Virus record (IMG/VR): IMGVR_UViG_2675903253_000012
Length of the DNA stretch: 40,607 nucleotides
From: a virus
Lineage: Duplodnaviria; Heunggongvirae; Uroviricota; Caudoviricetes
Reading direction: 5' to 3' (one strand)
A program made the translations under genes and the position numbers. This document shows, piece by piece, positions 19,157-30,066 of this stretch. Below the pieces are notes generated by a model that did not search any database, was not told the DNA's origin, and saw nothing but the letters and a program-made list of their open reading frames with translations. The stretch's first letter is position 1; each line of letters begins with the position of its first letter.

Positions 19157-19281
19157 CTCTTCAATTACTATATCTCATTCATAGCAAACTGACAGATTTG
19201 ATGATGTTCTATATACGAAACCTGTGATGTCAAGTCTGAGCTAATACAAATAAACATAATATCAGAGAAATACATTTTATT

Positions 19282-19304
19282 AGCTCGCTACGGCGAGCTT
19301 TTTA
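19282..19304 (+). terminator. Intrinsic terminator between the lipoprotein cargo genes and the holin
   Basis: agctcgc-tacg-gcgagct followed by ttttt. Confidence 0.65.
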
Positions 19305-19407
19305 TATTGCATCGTCTCCAGCATATATATCAATTAAGGCTCTGATTGATGTGTCTGAAAGCCTACACATAATAACTATGCCATCCGTTCCGTGCGGAGG
19401 TGAGGCT

Positions 19408-19623
19408 ATGAAATCCATGGACAAAATTTCAACAGGCATTGCCTACGGCACCTCCGCAGGCAGTGCTGGCTACTGGTTTTTACAGTTGCTCGATAGAGTA
19501 ACTCCGTCACAGTGGGCTGCAATCGGTGTGCTGGGTAGTCTGGTATTTGGCCTGCTGACGTACCTGACAAACCTTTATTTCAAGATTAAAGAAGATAAGC
19601 GCAAGGCTGCGAGAGGTGAATAA
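19408..19623 (+). CDS. Class II pinholin, S21-like (dual start MKSMDK; 71/68-aa antiholin/holin forms)
   Basis: [71 protein letters not shown] matches recalled phage 21 S protein. Confidence 0.9.
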   Translation: MKSMDKISTGIAYGTSAGSAGYWFLQLLDRVTPSQWAAIGVLGSLVFGLLTYLTNLYFKIKEDKRKAARGE

Positions 19624-20120
19624 TGCCTCCATCATTACGAAAAGTCGTTGCTGCTGCTATTGGTGGCGGAGCAATTGCTATAGCATCAGTGTTAATCACT
19701 GGCCCAAGTGGTAACGATGGTCTGGAAGGTGTCAGCTACATACCATACAAAGATATTGTTGGTGTATGGACTGTATGTCACGGGCATACAGGAAAAGACA
19801 TCATGCTCGGTAAAACGTATACCAAAGCAGAATGCAAAACACTCTTGAATAAAGACCTTGCCACTGTCGCCAGACAAATTAACCCGTACATCAAAGTCGA
19901 TATACCGGAAACAACGCGCTGCGCTCTTTACTCGTTCGTTTACAACGTGGGCGCTGGCAATTTCAGAACATCGACGCTTCTTCGCAAAATAAACCAGGGC
20001 GATATCAAAGGCGCATGTGACCAGCTACGTCGCTGGACATATGCTGGCGGTAAGCAATGGAAAGGTCTCATGACTCGTCGTGAGATTGAGCGTGAAATCT
20101 GTTTGTGGGGTCAGCAATGA
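19623..20120 (+). CDS. SAR endolysin (lysozyme with N-terminal signal-anchor-release domain), R21-like
   Basis: N-terminal Gly/Ala-rich weakly hydrophobic SAR segment [20 protein letters not shown]; lysozyme-like body; 1-nt overlap with holin stop. Confidence 0.9.
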   Translation: MPPSLRKVVAAAIGGGAIAIASVLITGPSGNDGLEGVSYIPYKDIVGVWTVCHGHTGKDIMLGKTYTKAECKTLLNKDLATVARQINPYIKVDIPETTRCALYSFVYNVGAGNFRTSTLLRKINQGDIKGACDQLRRWTYAGGKQWKGLMTRREIEREICLWGQQ

Positions 20121-20581
20121 ACAGAGTAACCGCGATTATCTCCGCTCTGGTTATCTGCATCATCGTCTGCCTGTCATGGGCTGTTAATCATTACCGTGAT
20201 AACGCCATTACCTACAAAGCCCAGCGCGACAAAAATGCCAGAGAACTGAAGCTGGCGAACGCGGCAATTACTGACATGCAGATGCGTCAGCGTGATGTTG
20301 CTGCGCTCGATGCAAAATACACGAAGGAGTTAGCTGATGCGAAAGCTGAAAATGATGCTCTGCGTGATGATGTTGCCGCTGGTCGTCGTCGGTTGCACAT
20401 CAAAGCAGTCTGTCAGTCAGTGCGTGAAGCCACCACCGCCTCCGGCGTGGATAATGCAACCAGCCCCCGACTGGCAGACACCGCTGAACGGGATTATTTC
20501 ACCCTCCGGGAACGACTGGTAATGATGCAGGCCCAACTTGAAGGTGCTCAGCAATACATAACCGAGCAGTGTTTAAAGTAA
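20117..20581 (+). CDS. Rz-like i-spanin
   Basis: N-terminal TM segment then coiled-coil-rich periplasmic domain; ATGA overlap with endolysin stop. Confidence 0.8.
   Translation: MNRVTAIISALVICIIVCLSWAVNHYRDNAITYKAQRDKNARELKLANAAITDMQMRQRDVAALDAKYTKELADAKAENDALRDDVAAGRRRLHIKAVCQSVREATTASGVDNATSPRLADTAERDYFTLRERLVMMQAQLEGAQQYITEQCLK
20337..20522 (+). CDS. Rz1-like o-spanin lipoprotein embedded in the +1 frame of Rz
   Basis: Lipobox VVGC followed by Pro-rich segment PPPPPAW, nested entirely within Rz. Confidence 0.75.
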   Translation: MRKLKMMLCVMMLPLVVVGCTSKQSVSQCVKPPPPPAWIMQPAPDWQTPLNGIISPSGNDW

Positions 20582-20718
20582 AATCTTAACTACAATATGA
20601 TTCATTTTGATGATTGTTTCATAAGGAACAGTGAAGTAAGATCTAAGAGGAGTTAAATTTTATACAGTATAATCATAATATTGCAGCAAGGTGGTTATAA
20701 TTGAAAGAATATTTAGAT

Positions 20719-22176
20719 ATGAATACATCTCATGTAAGAGTTGTTACTCATATGTGTGGGTTCCTGGTTTGGCTCTATAGTCTTTCAATGTTGCCACCAA
20801 TGGTTGTAGCATTGTTTTATAAAGAAAAAAGCCTGTTCGTTTTCTTTATAACTTTCGTTATATTTTTTTGCATTGGTGGCGGAGCGTGGTATACAACTAA
20901 GAAATCTGGCATTCAATTACGTACCCGTGATGGGTTTATTATAATTGTAATGTTTTGGATTTTGTTTTCTGTTATTAGTGCATTCCCTTTATGGATTGAC
21001 TCAGAACTTAATTTAACGTTCATTGATGCTCTGTTTGAAGGGGTTTCTGGAATAACAACAACAGGAGCAACTGTAATTGATGATGTTAGTTCATTACCTC
21101 GGGCATATTTGTACTATCGGTCACAGTTAAATTTTATAGGTGGTTTAGGAGTTATTGTTCTGGCGGTTGCAGTATTGCCATTATTGGGTATTGGTGGTGC
21201 AAAGCTTTATCAGTCAGAAATGCCGGGGCCATTTAAGGATGACAAACTCACTCCCCGCCTGGCCGATACGTCACGGACACTGTGGATAACTTATTCTTTA
21301 TTAGGTATTGCTTGTATTGTCTGTTATAGACTTGCAGGAATGCCTTTGTTTGATGCTATTTGTCACGGGATTTCCACAGTTTCGCTTGGTGGTTTCTCAA
21401 CTCATAGCGAGAGTATCGGATATTTTAATAACTATTTGGTTGAGCTGGTGGCTGGTTCTTTTTCCCTGCTATCGGCTTTCAACTTCACTCTTTGGTATAT
21501 TGTTATTAGCAGAAAAACGATAAAACCTTTAATCAGAGATATTGAACTTCGTTTCTTTCTGTTAATAGCCTTAGGGGTGATCATTGTTACCTCTTTCCAG
21601 GTCTGGCATATAGGTATGTATGACTTGCATGGAAGTTTTATTCATTCGTTTTTTCTTGCCAGCTCCATGCTCACTGATAATGGTTTAGCTACGCAGGATT
21701 ATGCAAACTGGCCCACGCACACGATAGTGTTTTTGCTGTTGTCAAGTTTCTTTGGGGGATGTATAGGTTCAACCTGTGGTGGAATTAAGTCACTTCGATT
21801 TCTTATACTTTTCAAACAAAGCAAACACGAGATAAATCAGCTTTCTCATCCCAGAGCGTTGTTGAGTGTAAATGTAGGAGGGAAGATAGTTACAGATCGT
21901 GTAATGAGGTCTGTATGGAGTTTCTTTTTTCTTTATACTCTCTTCACGGTGTTTTTTATACTGGTGTTAAATGGTATGGGATATGATTTTCTTACATCAT
22001 TTGCAACAGTGGCTGCATGTATTAATAATATGGGATTAGGTTTTGGGGCTACTGCATCGTCATTCGGAGTGCTTAATGACATTGCAAAATATTTAATGTG
22101 CATAGCTATGATTCTTGGTCGCCTTGAAATTTATCCTGTTATTATATTGTTTTCAGGTTTTTTTTGGCGCTCCTAA
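20719..22176 (+). CDS. trkG: Potassium uptake protein TrkG (TrkH family), 485 aa
   Basis: MNTSHVRVVTHMCGFLVWLYSLSMLPPMVVALFY... multi-pass membrane protein matching recalled TrkG; AT-rich; known Rac cargo. Confidence 0.93.
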   Translation: MNTSHVRVVTHMCGFLVWLYSLSMLPPMVVALFYKEKSLFVFFITFVIFFCIGGGAWYTTKKSGIQLRTRDGFIIIVMFWILFSVISAFPLWIDSELNLTFIDALFEGVSGITTTGATVIDDVSSLPRAYLYYRSQLNFIGGLGVIVLAVAVLPLLGIGGAKLYQSEMPGPFKDDKLTPRLADTSRTLWITYSLLGIACIVCYRLAGMPLFDAICHGISTVSLGGFSTHSESIGYFNNYLVELVAGSFSLLSAFNFTLWYIVISRKTIKPLIRDIELRFFLLIALGVIIVTSFQVWHIGMYDLHGSFIHSFFLASSMLTDNGLATQDYANWPTHTIVFLLLSSFFGGCIGSTCGGIKSLRFLILFKQSKHEINQLSHPRALLSVNVGGKIVTDRVMRSVWSFFFLYTLFTVFFILVLNGMGYDFLTSFATVAACINNMGLGFGATASSFGVLNDIAKYLMCIAMILGRLEIYPVIILFSGFFWRS

Positions 22177-22313
22177 TATATGGCTGATTTATAATTGTGA
22201 GTTTAATATTATGTTGACTCACTCATTGATCCAATACCTAACTTTACCAGCAACACCTCCGCCCCCAGTAGCACTGGCTGCTGGGGTGCGTTTTATTCAT
22301 AAAGCAAGGCTGT

Positions 22314-23102
22314 ATGAGCGAGAAATTAAAGATAGTCTATCGCCCATTACAAGAATTGTCACCGTATGCGCACAACGCCAGGACGCACAGTACTGAGCAG
22401 GTGGCACAACTGGTAGAAAGTATTAAGCAATTCGGCTGGACTAATCCGGTGCTGATTGACGAAAAGGGCGAAATTATTGCGGGTCACGGTCGTGTTATGG
22501 CGGCTGAAATGCTCAAAATGGATTCTGTTCCGGTCATTGTTCTGTCTGGCCTGACGGATGAGCAGAAAAAGGCGTACCGCCTGGCAGATAATCGCCTGCC
22601 GATGAATGCTGGCTGGGATGAAGATCTGTTGCGGATGGAGCTGTCGGACCTAATCAATGCTGATTTTGATGTCTCCCTGACAGGCTTCATCCCGGCAGAA
22701 ATTGATGAACTGTTGACGGATGTTTTGCCCGGTACAGGAAATGAGGAGGAGCCGTATACGACGAAAATTGATACGCCTGTTTATGAGCCGTCAGGCGGTA
22801 AACCGGATATCAGTGAACTGTACGACGATACGAAAACTCAGGAGCTGATCAGCCGGATACGTTCGGCGTCCCTTGATCCTGATATTGAGAAATTCCTCCT
22901 GTGTGCAGCAGAACGTCACACGGTGTTTAATTTCAGCAGAATTGCGGACTATTACGCTCATGCCCCCGCTGAAATTCAGTGCCTTTTCGAGGAGTCGGCG
23001 CTGGTGATCATTGATTATCAGCAGGCTATTGAAAATGGATTTGTCCGAATGACGCAGCGCATGGTGGAGATCATGCATGGCGGGGAGGAGGAATATGCGT
23101 GA
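22314..23102 (+). CDS. ParB-like nuclease domain protein (YnaK-like, full length)
   Basis: N-terminal ParB/Srx-like motif segment ...LIDEKGEIIAGHGRVMAA...; K-12 ynaK is a short fragment of this family. Confidence 0.7.
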   Translation: MSEKLKIVYRPLQELSPYAHNARTHSTEQVAQLVESIKQFGWTNPVLIDEKGEIIAGHGRVMAAEMLKMDSVPVIVLSGLTDEQKKAYRLADNRLPMNAGWDEDLLRMELSDLINADFDVSLTGFIPAEIDELLTDVLPGTGNEEEPYTTKIDTPVYEPSGGKPDISELYDDTKTQELISRIRSASLDPDIEKFLLCAAERHTVFNFSRIADYYAHAPAEIQCLFEESALVIIDYQQAIENGFVRMTQRMVEIMHGGEEEYA

Positions 23103-24027
23103 TGATTTTTGCGCCTTTATTCTGACTCACGGGCGACCGGACAAAGTTCTGACTTACCGGACGTTGCGTCGTGCTGGCTATACCGGGAAAATTTTTATCG
23201 TTGTTGATGATGAAGATAAGACACGGCATCAGTACATGGCTGAATTTGGTGAACAGGTGCTGGTATTTTCCAAAGCCGATATTGCTAGTCGTTTTGACGA
23301 AGCCGATAATTTTAGTGACCGCCGCTCAATTTTTTACGCCCGTAATGCCTGTTTCGACCAGGCAAAACTGGTCGGGTGTAAATACTTCATTCAGCTCGAT
23401 GATGATTATCACGAGTTCCAGTTTCGGGTGGATCGCAACTATGACCAGGCCTATTTCCCGATAAGGAAACTGGATGAGATCCTTTCTGAAATGCTTGCGT
23501 ACTACGAATCAATACCTGCTCTTTCCATCGCTATGTCGCAGGGCGGGGATTTTCTTGGTGACAATGGCGGCCATGCTTCGTGGGTGAAACGCAAGGCAAT
23601 GAACAGCTTTATCTGTTCGGTTGATCGACCGTTCTCATTCATGGGGCGCATTAACGAGGATGTGAATACGTACACGAATCTCGGTCGCTGTGGTGAATTG
23701 TTTATGACGATCGGTGCTGTCCAGTTAGGGCAGAAACAGACGCAGAAAAACAGCGGCGGAATGACCGAGCTGTATCTGGATTCCGGAACCTACGTTAAAA
23801 GTTTTTACTCCGTCATGTATGCGCCGTCGTGCGTAAAAATCTCACTTATGGGTGCCAGTCATAAACGCATTCACCATCAGGTCACCTGGAACAACGCTGC
23901 AGTAAAAATCCTTCACGAAAAATACAGGAAGAAGACACCCTGCATATCAATGGGGGTGACAAATGATTCCGTATTCGAAAGTCGAGTCTCTGGCAGCGTG
24001 CCGGATGACTGCACAACAAATCGCTGA
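23095..24027 (+). CDS. YdaY-like protein, intact; possibly GT-A-like (DxD motif QLDDDY), function unknown
   Basis: Start at ATG 23095 with ggagga Shine-Dalgarno; N-terminus MRDDFCAFILTHGRPDKV resembles recalled YdaY; acidic DDD motif. Confidence 0.5.
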   Translation: MRDDFCAFILTHGRPDKVLTYRTLRRAGYTGKIFIVVDDEDKTRHQYMAEFGEQVLVFSKADIASRFDEADNFSDRRSIFYARNACFDQAKLVGCKYFIQLDDDYHEFQFRVDRNYDQAYFPIRKLDEILSEMLAYYESIPALSIAMSQGGDFLGDNGGHASWVKRKAMNSFICSVDRPFSFMGRINEDVNTYTNLGRCGELFMTIGAVQLGQKQTQKNSGGMTELYLDSGTYVKSFYSVMYAPSCVKISLMGASHKRIHHQVTWNNAAVKILHEKYRKKTPCISMGVTNDSVFESRVSGSVPDDCTTNR

Positions 24028-24214
24028 CGTTCTGGATGTTGATCTGAACCGACTGAAAGAAAATCGGGAAGCAATGACAGATTTTTATGCGGCCATCCGT
24101 AAGGGCAGAGCGAAAGGTGAAGCCGAGTTACGAGCGGCATTGTTTAAGCTTGCCAGAAAAGGGGATGCCTTTGCTCTGCGCGAACTACTCAGGGTGGATA
24201 AAAATCAGGACTAA
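23963..24214 (+). CDS. Small hypothetical protein (83 aa), possibly an HTH protein linked to the packaging module
   Basis: ORF overlapping the 3' end of the upstream gene and ending 4 nt before the terminase small subunit; helical and basic. Confidence 0.35.
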   Translation: MIPYSKVESLAACRMTAQQIADVLDVDLNRLKENREAMTDFYAAIRKGRAKGEAELRAALFKLARKGDAFALRELLRVDKNQD

Positions 24215-24217
24215 CTG

Positions 24218-25312
24218 ATGAGCAGACCGGACTGGGGGGCGTTGCAGCAGGAGTATATTGCTGAATACACCCGCTCCGGTATATCTCCGGTGGCATGGTG
24301 TGAAGCAAGGGGACTGAATTACGCAACAGCCCGTCGTTACATCAAAAAAACTCCGAAAAATGCGCAGACAGAAATGTGCAAAACTGCGCAAAAAAGTGCG
24401 CAGAAAAAATCTGCGCAGACTGCACAAAAGCGGAACGAAAAATCTCAGGAAAAAAAGCCAGTATTCGATGCGGGCCTGAATGAGGGCGACGCGGAGGAAT
24501 TTTCGTTCTGTCCCGATGAATTCGGCATTTCTGACCAGCAGGCTAAGTTTGCGATGCTTGTTGCTCAGGGTAAAAAGCCGACAGAGGCGTACCGACTAGC
24601 CGGTTATGAGGGGCAAGGTGCGACAGCTAACAGCAACGCCAGTCGTATGCTTAGAAATGCCAGGGTTTTTCGCGCTATCAGCTACTTCCGCAATCAGTAC
24701 CAGAAACGCTATACCGCAGACCTGGATTTACTAGTGAGTCAGTTGATGGCTATTGTCCTGGCCGACCCCAATCAGCTTGCACAATTTCGCCGTGTTAACT
24801 GCCGTTATTGCTGGGGCGAGAATCATCTCTACCAGTGGCGCGATATAGCAGAATTCGACAAGGCAGCGGCGCAGGCTTCCAGAGATGGCAAACCCGAACC
24901 GGAATATGGAGGCCTCGGCTTTGTTGATAACGCCATACCCAATCCGGACTGCCCGAAGTGCTGCGGTGAGGGAACGGGACAGCTTTATATGGCTGATACC
25001 ACTCTGCTTGATGGGGATGCGCGGCAATTATATGCAGGGGCAAAATTCGGAAAATTCGGCGTTGAGATCCTGCTGGAGGATAAGGCTGCCGCCCGGCGTG
25101 AATTGTTGCGTTTGTTTTCTGCTGGCGGGGCTTTATGTGCAGATAAGCGGCTACGGGAACTGGAAATTGAACGGCGCAGAATGGAAAACCAGAAGCTGCG
25201 CAAAGAGATCGAAACGGTGGAAGATAATGAACATCCCCAGCCTGTGGCGATCAATATTAATGTGGTTGATGCCAGAGTAAGGAGTGATGAAGATGATCTC
25301 TCCGACGCTTAA
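24218..25312 (+). CDS. Terminase small subunit
   Basis: 364-aa ORF immediately upstream of and overlapping the large terminase; N-terminal HTH-like region; Cys cluster. Confidence 0.65.
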   Translation: MSRPDWGALQQEYIAEYTRSGISPVAWCEARGLNYATARRYIKKTPKNAQTEMCKTAQKSAQKKSAQTAQKRNEKSQEKKPVFDAGLNEGDAEEFSFCPDEFGISDQQAKFAMLVAQGKKPTEAYRLAGYEGQGATANSNASRMLRNARVFRAISYFRNQYQKRYTADLDLLVSQLMAIVLADPNQLAQFRRVNCRYCWGENHLYQWRDIAEFDKAAAQASRDGKPEPEYGGLGFVDNAIPNPDCPKCCGEGTGQLYMADTTLLDGDARQLYAGAKFGKFGVEILLEDKAAARRELLRLFSAGGALCADKRLRELEIERRRMENQKLRKEIETVEDNEHPQPVAININVVDARVRSDEDDLSDA

Positions 25313-26594
25313 TGTGCCTCAGGCGCGATTTCTTTCAATGCCCCATAAATTTAAAGCCTATATTGCTGGTTTTGGCTCGGGCAAAACATGGGTTGGGTGT
25401 GGCGGCATATGCAAGGGGATTTGGGAGCATCCAGGTATAAATCAGGGATATTTTGCGCCAACGTATCCCCAAATTCGCGATATTTTTTACCCTACAGTGG
25501 AAGAAGTTGCTGCTGACTGGGGATTGAACGTAAAAATTAATGAGGGAAATAAAGAGGTTCACTTTTATTACGGACGCCAGTATCGGGGAACCACTATCTG
25601 CAGATCGATGGAGAAGCCACAAACGATCGTCGGTTTCAAAATTGGTAATGCGTTGGTGGATGAACTGGACATTTTGCCGAAGGAAAAAGCCAGAACGGCG
25701 TGGCGCAAGATAATTGCACGTATGCGTTATAAGATTGATGGACTTCGCAACGGTATTGACGTTACAACCACGCCGGAAGGATTCAAATTTGTCTACGAGC
25801 AGTTTGTTAAAGCCGTGCGTGAAAAAACAGAGCTGGCCTCACTGTATGGTCTGGTGCAGGCATCTACTTTCGATAATGAAAAGAACCTGCCAGCAGATTA
25901 CATTCCTTCGCTTCTTGAATCATACCCTCCAGAGCTGATTAAAGCCTATCTTCGAGGACAGTTTACTAACCTGACAAGTGGTACTGTTTACCATCAGTTT
26001 GACCGGAAACTGAATAATTGCGAAGAAGTGGAGCAGCCAGGGGAGCCGATTTATATTGGGATGGATTTTAACGTTGGAAAGATGGCGGGAATCGTCCATG
26101 TGCTGCGTTTGGGGCTTCCATGTGCGGTAACTGAAATCATCAATGCCTACGATACGCCGGATATGATCCGCATCATTAAAGAACGCTTCTGGCTGTATGA
26201 TGGGAATGATTACCGGAAAGTGAGGGAAATTTATATTTATCCAGATGCTTCCGGGGATTCCAGAAAATCAAGTAACGCAAGTACGACGGATATAGCCCAG
26301 CTTAAGCAGGCTGGTTTTAACGTTGTGGTGAACAGCTCGAACCCGCCAGTAAAAGATCGCGTTAACTCAATGAATGCAATGTTCTGCAATGCCAATGGTG
26401 AGCGTCGCTATAAAGTTAATGTGAAGCGTTGCCCGTTATATGCCGAATCTCTGGAGCAACAGGTCTGGGATGAGAAGGGGGAGCCTGATAAAAAATCTGG
26501 CAATGATCACCCGAATGATGCCGGAGGTTATTTCATCGTTAAGCAATTCCCTATTGTCAAACCGACCGGAAGAGTCACATCACTTCGGATTTAA
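25284..26594 (+). CDS. Terminase large subunit (ATPase/nuclease)
   Basis: Walker A AGFGSGKT and Walker B-like ALVDELD; size and position. Confidence 0.88.
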   Translation: MMKMISPTLNVPQARFLSMPHKFKAYIAGFGSGKTWVGCGGICKGIWEHPGINQGYFAPTYPQIRDIFYPTVEEVAADWGLNVKINEGNKEVHFYYGRQYRGTTICRSMEKPQTIVGFKIGNALVDELDILPKEKARTAWRKIIARMRYKIDGLRNGIDVTTTPEGFKFVYEQFVKAVREKTELASLYGLVQASTFDNEKNLPADYIPSLLESYPPELIKAYLRGQFTNLTSGTVYHQFDRKLNNCEEVEQPGEPIYIGMDFNVGKMAGIVHVLRLGLPCAVTEIINAYDTPDMIRIIKERFWLYDGNDYRKVREIYIYPDASGDSRKSSNASTTDIAQLKQAGFNVVVNSSNPPVKDRVNSMNAMFCNANGERRYKVNVKRCPLYAESLEQQVWDEKGEPDKKSGNDHPNDAGGYFIVKQFPIVKPTGRVTSLRI

Positions 26595-26596
26595 TT

Positions 26597-28003
26597 ATGG
26601 CTGATATATCAACACCCAACCTCGACTATAACGATATGCTGGAGGCGTGGGATATTAACGACGCACTGATGGGCGGTACGCTTGAAATGCGCAGGCAGGG
26701 GGAAAATTATCTCCCAAAATGGCCTAACGAAGATGAAGACGCTTATAAAAAACGCCTGTCTGTGGCTACGCTACTTCCTGTGTATGAAGAAAGCATCAAG
26801 CAAAATATTGGGCGCATATTTGCAGAGCCGACAGTATTGAGTGAGGAAACGCCGGCAAAAATCAGGGAATATGCAGAAAATATCGACATGGAGGGGAGCC
26901 GACTGGATGTGTGGGCGCAGCAATTTTTCAGCCTCGCATTTCAGTATGGTGTGGCACATGCGCTGGTGGACTATCCACGAACGGATATGAAAGAGATTCG
27001 GACAAAAGCCGATGAAAACGCGACCGGTGGTCGTCCGTACGTTACGATGCTGAATCCACGCCAGGTTATTGGATGGAAATCGAAAGTTGAAAAAGGGAAA
27101 GTTGTTCTCACTGATTTGCGTATAAAAGAGGTCATCATTATTGATGGTGATGATTTCGGGCAGAAGAAGGTGGAGCAGATCCGCCATATTATGCCCCGTC
27201 GAGTTGAAATTTATCGACGTAGCGAAGGCACTAATGGCGAATCTGTCTGGACGCTTCATGAGTCATGGAATACCAGCCGTGATGATATTCCTCTGGTAAC
27301 ACTGTACACGAAGAAAACAGGATTTATGCGTGGTACACCGCCATTGCTTAATCTTGGCTTGCTGAATATCAAGCACTGGCAAAGCCAGAGCGAGCAGGAC
27401 AATATTCTTCATGTTGCCCGCGTTCCATTGCTGGTGGCCTACGGGCTGGACAGGAATGAAGAACTGACGGTTGGTGCATCCACCGCTACGATTTTTGAGG
27501 ACAGAACAAAAAATGGCCTCGAATATGTTGAACATAGTGGCGCAGCGATAGAATCTGGCGAAACATCACTTGAGAAGCTGGAAAATCAGATGCGTCATGC
27601 CGGCGCTAAACTTCTGCGTGCTGAAAATACATCCACCAAATCTGTTGATCAGACTAATGAAGAGCGAATGCAGGAAAACTCGCCGCTTTATACAATGGCG
27701 AACTCCCTCGAAGATGCCCTCGATAATATTCTCCAGATAATGGCGGAATGGATCGGAGAGAGTTGCGGTGGCAATGTGGATGTGCGCACTGAACTGGATG
27801 TATCTGCCCAGGTGTTTGACTCATCCTCCGCGCTGGCTGTTCAGTCATTGCGTCAGGGCGGTGATATACGTCAGATTGATGCGGTTCGGGTGTTGCAGGC
27901 GTTGAAATTTATCGATCAGGATTCCCGTCCAGAGGAAGTGATCGATGAATTAAAAAATCAGAGTGTAATGCTGATGGAAATCAATGATGCAAACCGTGAA
28001 TGA
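26597..28003 (+). CDS. Portal protein
   Basis: 468-aa ORF directly after large terminase; acidic C-terminus; typical order terminase-portal-head morphogenesis. Confidence 0.75.
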   Translation: MADISTPNLDYNDMLEAWDINDALMGGTLEMRRQGENYLPKWPNEDEDAYKKRLSVATLLPVYEESIKQNIGRIFAEPTVLSEETPAKIREYAENIDMEGSRLDVWAQQFFSLAFQYGVAHALVDYPRTDMKEIRTKADENATGGRPYVTMLNPRQVIGWKSKVEKGKVVLTDLRIKEVIIIDGDDFGQKKVEQIRHIMPRRVEIYRRSEGTNGESVWTLHESWNTSRDDIPLVTLYTKKTGFMRGTPPLLNLGLLNIKHWQSQSEQDNILHVARVPLLVAYGLDRNEELTVGASTATIFEDRTKNGLEYVEHSGAAIESGETSLEKLENQMRHAGAKLLRAENTSTKSVDQTNEERMQENSPLYTMANSLEDALDNILQIMAEWIGESCGGNVDVRTELDVSAQVFDSSSALAVQSLRQGGDIRQIDAVRVLQALKFIDQDSRPEEVIDELKNQSVMLMEINDANRE

Positions 28004-29099
28004 ACGGCTGCGTGATGAATCAATTGCTCATGCAGTCTGGATATCCCGCTATAGCACTGGCGTGGCTGCCAGAATGGTGAAAATACTGAATGACAGCGAT
28101 GCGGAACTTACTGCTCGCCTGCTGATAGCACTGGACAGCCTCGATCCAGGTAGTTTTACCGTTAAGCGCCTGGAGTCACTTCTGGCGAGCGTCAGAGAGG
28201 TTAACCGCACTGCTATTAACAGCATGTTTACCAGTCTCTCCGGAGAGCTGAACGAGCTGGCAATTTATGAGGCTGGTTATCAGTTAAGTCTGTTTGATTC
28301 TATGCTACCTGATTTTGTTGCTGATGTTCACCCTCTGGTTGGTATCTCTCCTGATGCACTTTATGCCGCTGCAATGGCGCGACCATTCCAGGGACGACTG
28401 CTCAGTGAGTGGGCCTCAGATCTTGAGGCGGATCGGCTCAGACGCATAACAAATACAGTGCGTCAGGGTTTTTTGCTGGGGGATACCAATGAGCAGATCG
28501 CAAGAAAAATTCGGGGACATGTCAGTAAGGGATTTCAGGATGGTGCATTGCAGATGAGCCGGGCTAATGCGGCCAGCATTGCAAAAACAGCGGTTGGACA
28601 TCTTGCTGCTACTGCCCGTGAGAGTTTTGCCAGCGCGAATAATGATTTGATTAAGGGTAAGCAATGGTTATCAACGCTTGATAATCGTACTACGCCACAA
28701 TGTCGAATCAGGGATCGCCTCAAATATACGCTGAATAATAAACCTGTAGGTCACAGCGTGCCTTATTTGCAGGGGCCGGGAAAAATTCATTTCTGCTGCC
28801 GCTCAACGGAAACGTTCATTCTGAAATCAGCGAAGGAACTGGGTATTGATGTTCGCGATATTTCCCCGGCTGAGCGGGCCAGCATGGATGGCGTGGTGGC
28901 CGGAGATACAACCTACAGGGAATGGTTTTTGCGTCAGCCTTACACCAGACAAAAACAGATTGTGGGGGAAAGCCGAGCAAAGCTGATTCGGGATGGTGGT
29001 ATGTCGCCAGATGAATTTTACACCGATAAAGGCGAATGGCTGACGCTGAAGCAGCTCCGTGAGCGTGATGCACAGGTATTCAGAAAAGCAGGGATTTAA
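27984..29099 (+). CDS. Head morphogenesis protein (Mu gpF / SPP1 gp7-like minor head protein)
   Basis: Position after portal; recalled resemblance to the Phage_Mu_F family. Confidence 0.7.
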   Translation: MMQTVNERLRDESIAHAVWISRYSTGVAARMVKILNDSDAELTARLLIALDSLDPGSFTVKRLESLLASVREVNRTAINSMFTSLSGELNELAIYEAGYQLSLFDSMLPDFVADVHPLVGISPDALYAAAMARPFQGRLLSEWASDLEADRLRRITNTVRQGFLLGDTNEQIARKIRGHVSKGFQDGALQMSRANAASIAKTAVGHLAATARESFASANNDLIKGKQWLSTLDNRTTPQCRIRDRLKYTLNNKPVGHSVPYLQGPGKIHFCCRSTETFILKSAKELGIDVRDISPAERASMDGVVAGDTTYREWFLRQPYTRQKQIVGESRAKLIRDGGMSPDEFYTDKGEWLTLKQLRERDAQVFRKAGI

Positions 29100-29119
29100 A
29101 TAAATCATTTATTACAACA

Positions 29120-29143
29120 GGCTACCTTCGGGTGGCCTTTTTT
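29120..29143 (+). terminator. Intrinsic terminator-like hairpin after the head morphogenesis gene
   Basis: ggctacc-ttcg-ggtggcc (one G.U pair) followed by tttttt. Confidence 0.55.
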
Positions 29144-29203
29144 ATTGCTGCGATCCGGATGGTGAGCAGCGTAACTGTCGGAAGACTTAAACCAGGTACT
29201 AAT

Positions 29204-29968
29204 ATGAAACTGAAAACGGTCGAGATTAACGGAAAACAATACGCAGAAATTGATACTGCTGGCCTGCCAGTTTATGTGCACGACGATGGTAAAGAAATTG
29301 GCTTCGATGCACCGCTGGCGACAAAAAAAATTACAGAGCTTAATGGCGAGGCAAAAAATCATCGCCTGGCTAAAGAAGCTGCAGAGGAAAAACTGGCTAA
29401 GTTTGCCGCTATCGAAGACCCGAAGAAGGCGATCGAGGCACTGGAAATGCTGTCAAAAATCGACCAGAAAAAGCTGCTCGATGCGGGACAGGTTGACCAG
29501 GTTAAGGCAGAAATTACGAAAAATTTTCAGCAGCAATTAGATGAAGAAAAGCAACGCTCTCAGATGCTGGAGAAGCAGCTTTACGATTCTATGATTGGCG
29601 GTAGTTTTGCGGGTTCAAAATATATTGCCGATAAAATTGCGATCCCGGCAGATTTATTACAAGCCCGCTTCGGGCAGGCATTCAAAGTGGAAGAAGGGAG
29701 GATCGTTGCTTATGACGCTTCCGGCAACAAAATTTATTCCCGCGCGAAGCCTGGCGAACTGGCGCAGTTTGATGAGGCGCTGGAGTTCCTTGTCGAAAAT
29801 TACCCTCAGAAAGACTACATCCTGAAAGCCAGTGGCAACAATGGCGGCGGCTCCCGTCCGACACAGCATGATATTGGTCAGAAAACGATGAAACGCTCTG
29901 CTTTTGATGCACTGGATGTTGCAGGTAAGCAAAACGCATTGAAAGACGGTATCACAATCGTTGATTAA
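29204..29968 (+). CDS. Putative scaffolding protein
   Basis: Start at MKLKTVEING; helical, charged, coiled-coil-like, Gly-rich C-terminus; immediately upstream of the major capsid gene. Confidence 0.6.
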   Translation: MKLKTVEINGKQYAEIDTAGLPVYVHDDGKEIGFDAPLATKKITELNGEAKNHRLAKEAAEEKLAKFAAIEDPKKAIEALEMLSKIDQKKLLDAGQVDQVKAEITKNFQQQLDEEKQRSQMLEKQLYDSMIGGSFAGSKYIADKIAIPADLLQARFGQAFKVEEGRIVAYDASGNKIYSRAKPGELAQFDEALEFLVENYPQKDYILKASGNNGGGSRPTQHDIGQKTMKRSAFDALDVAGKQNALKDGITIVD

Positions 29969-30066
29969 CACATTTGTCAGCTTCCGGATGGGAGCTGGTG
30001 TCAGGGCTGGATAGCTCATTACTCCATCTATTCACAATTACGCAAATTTTTAAGGAATATTTAATT

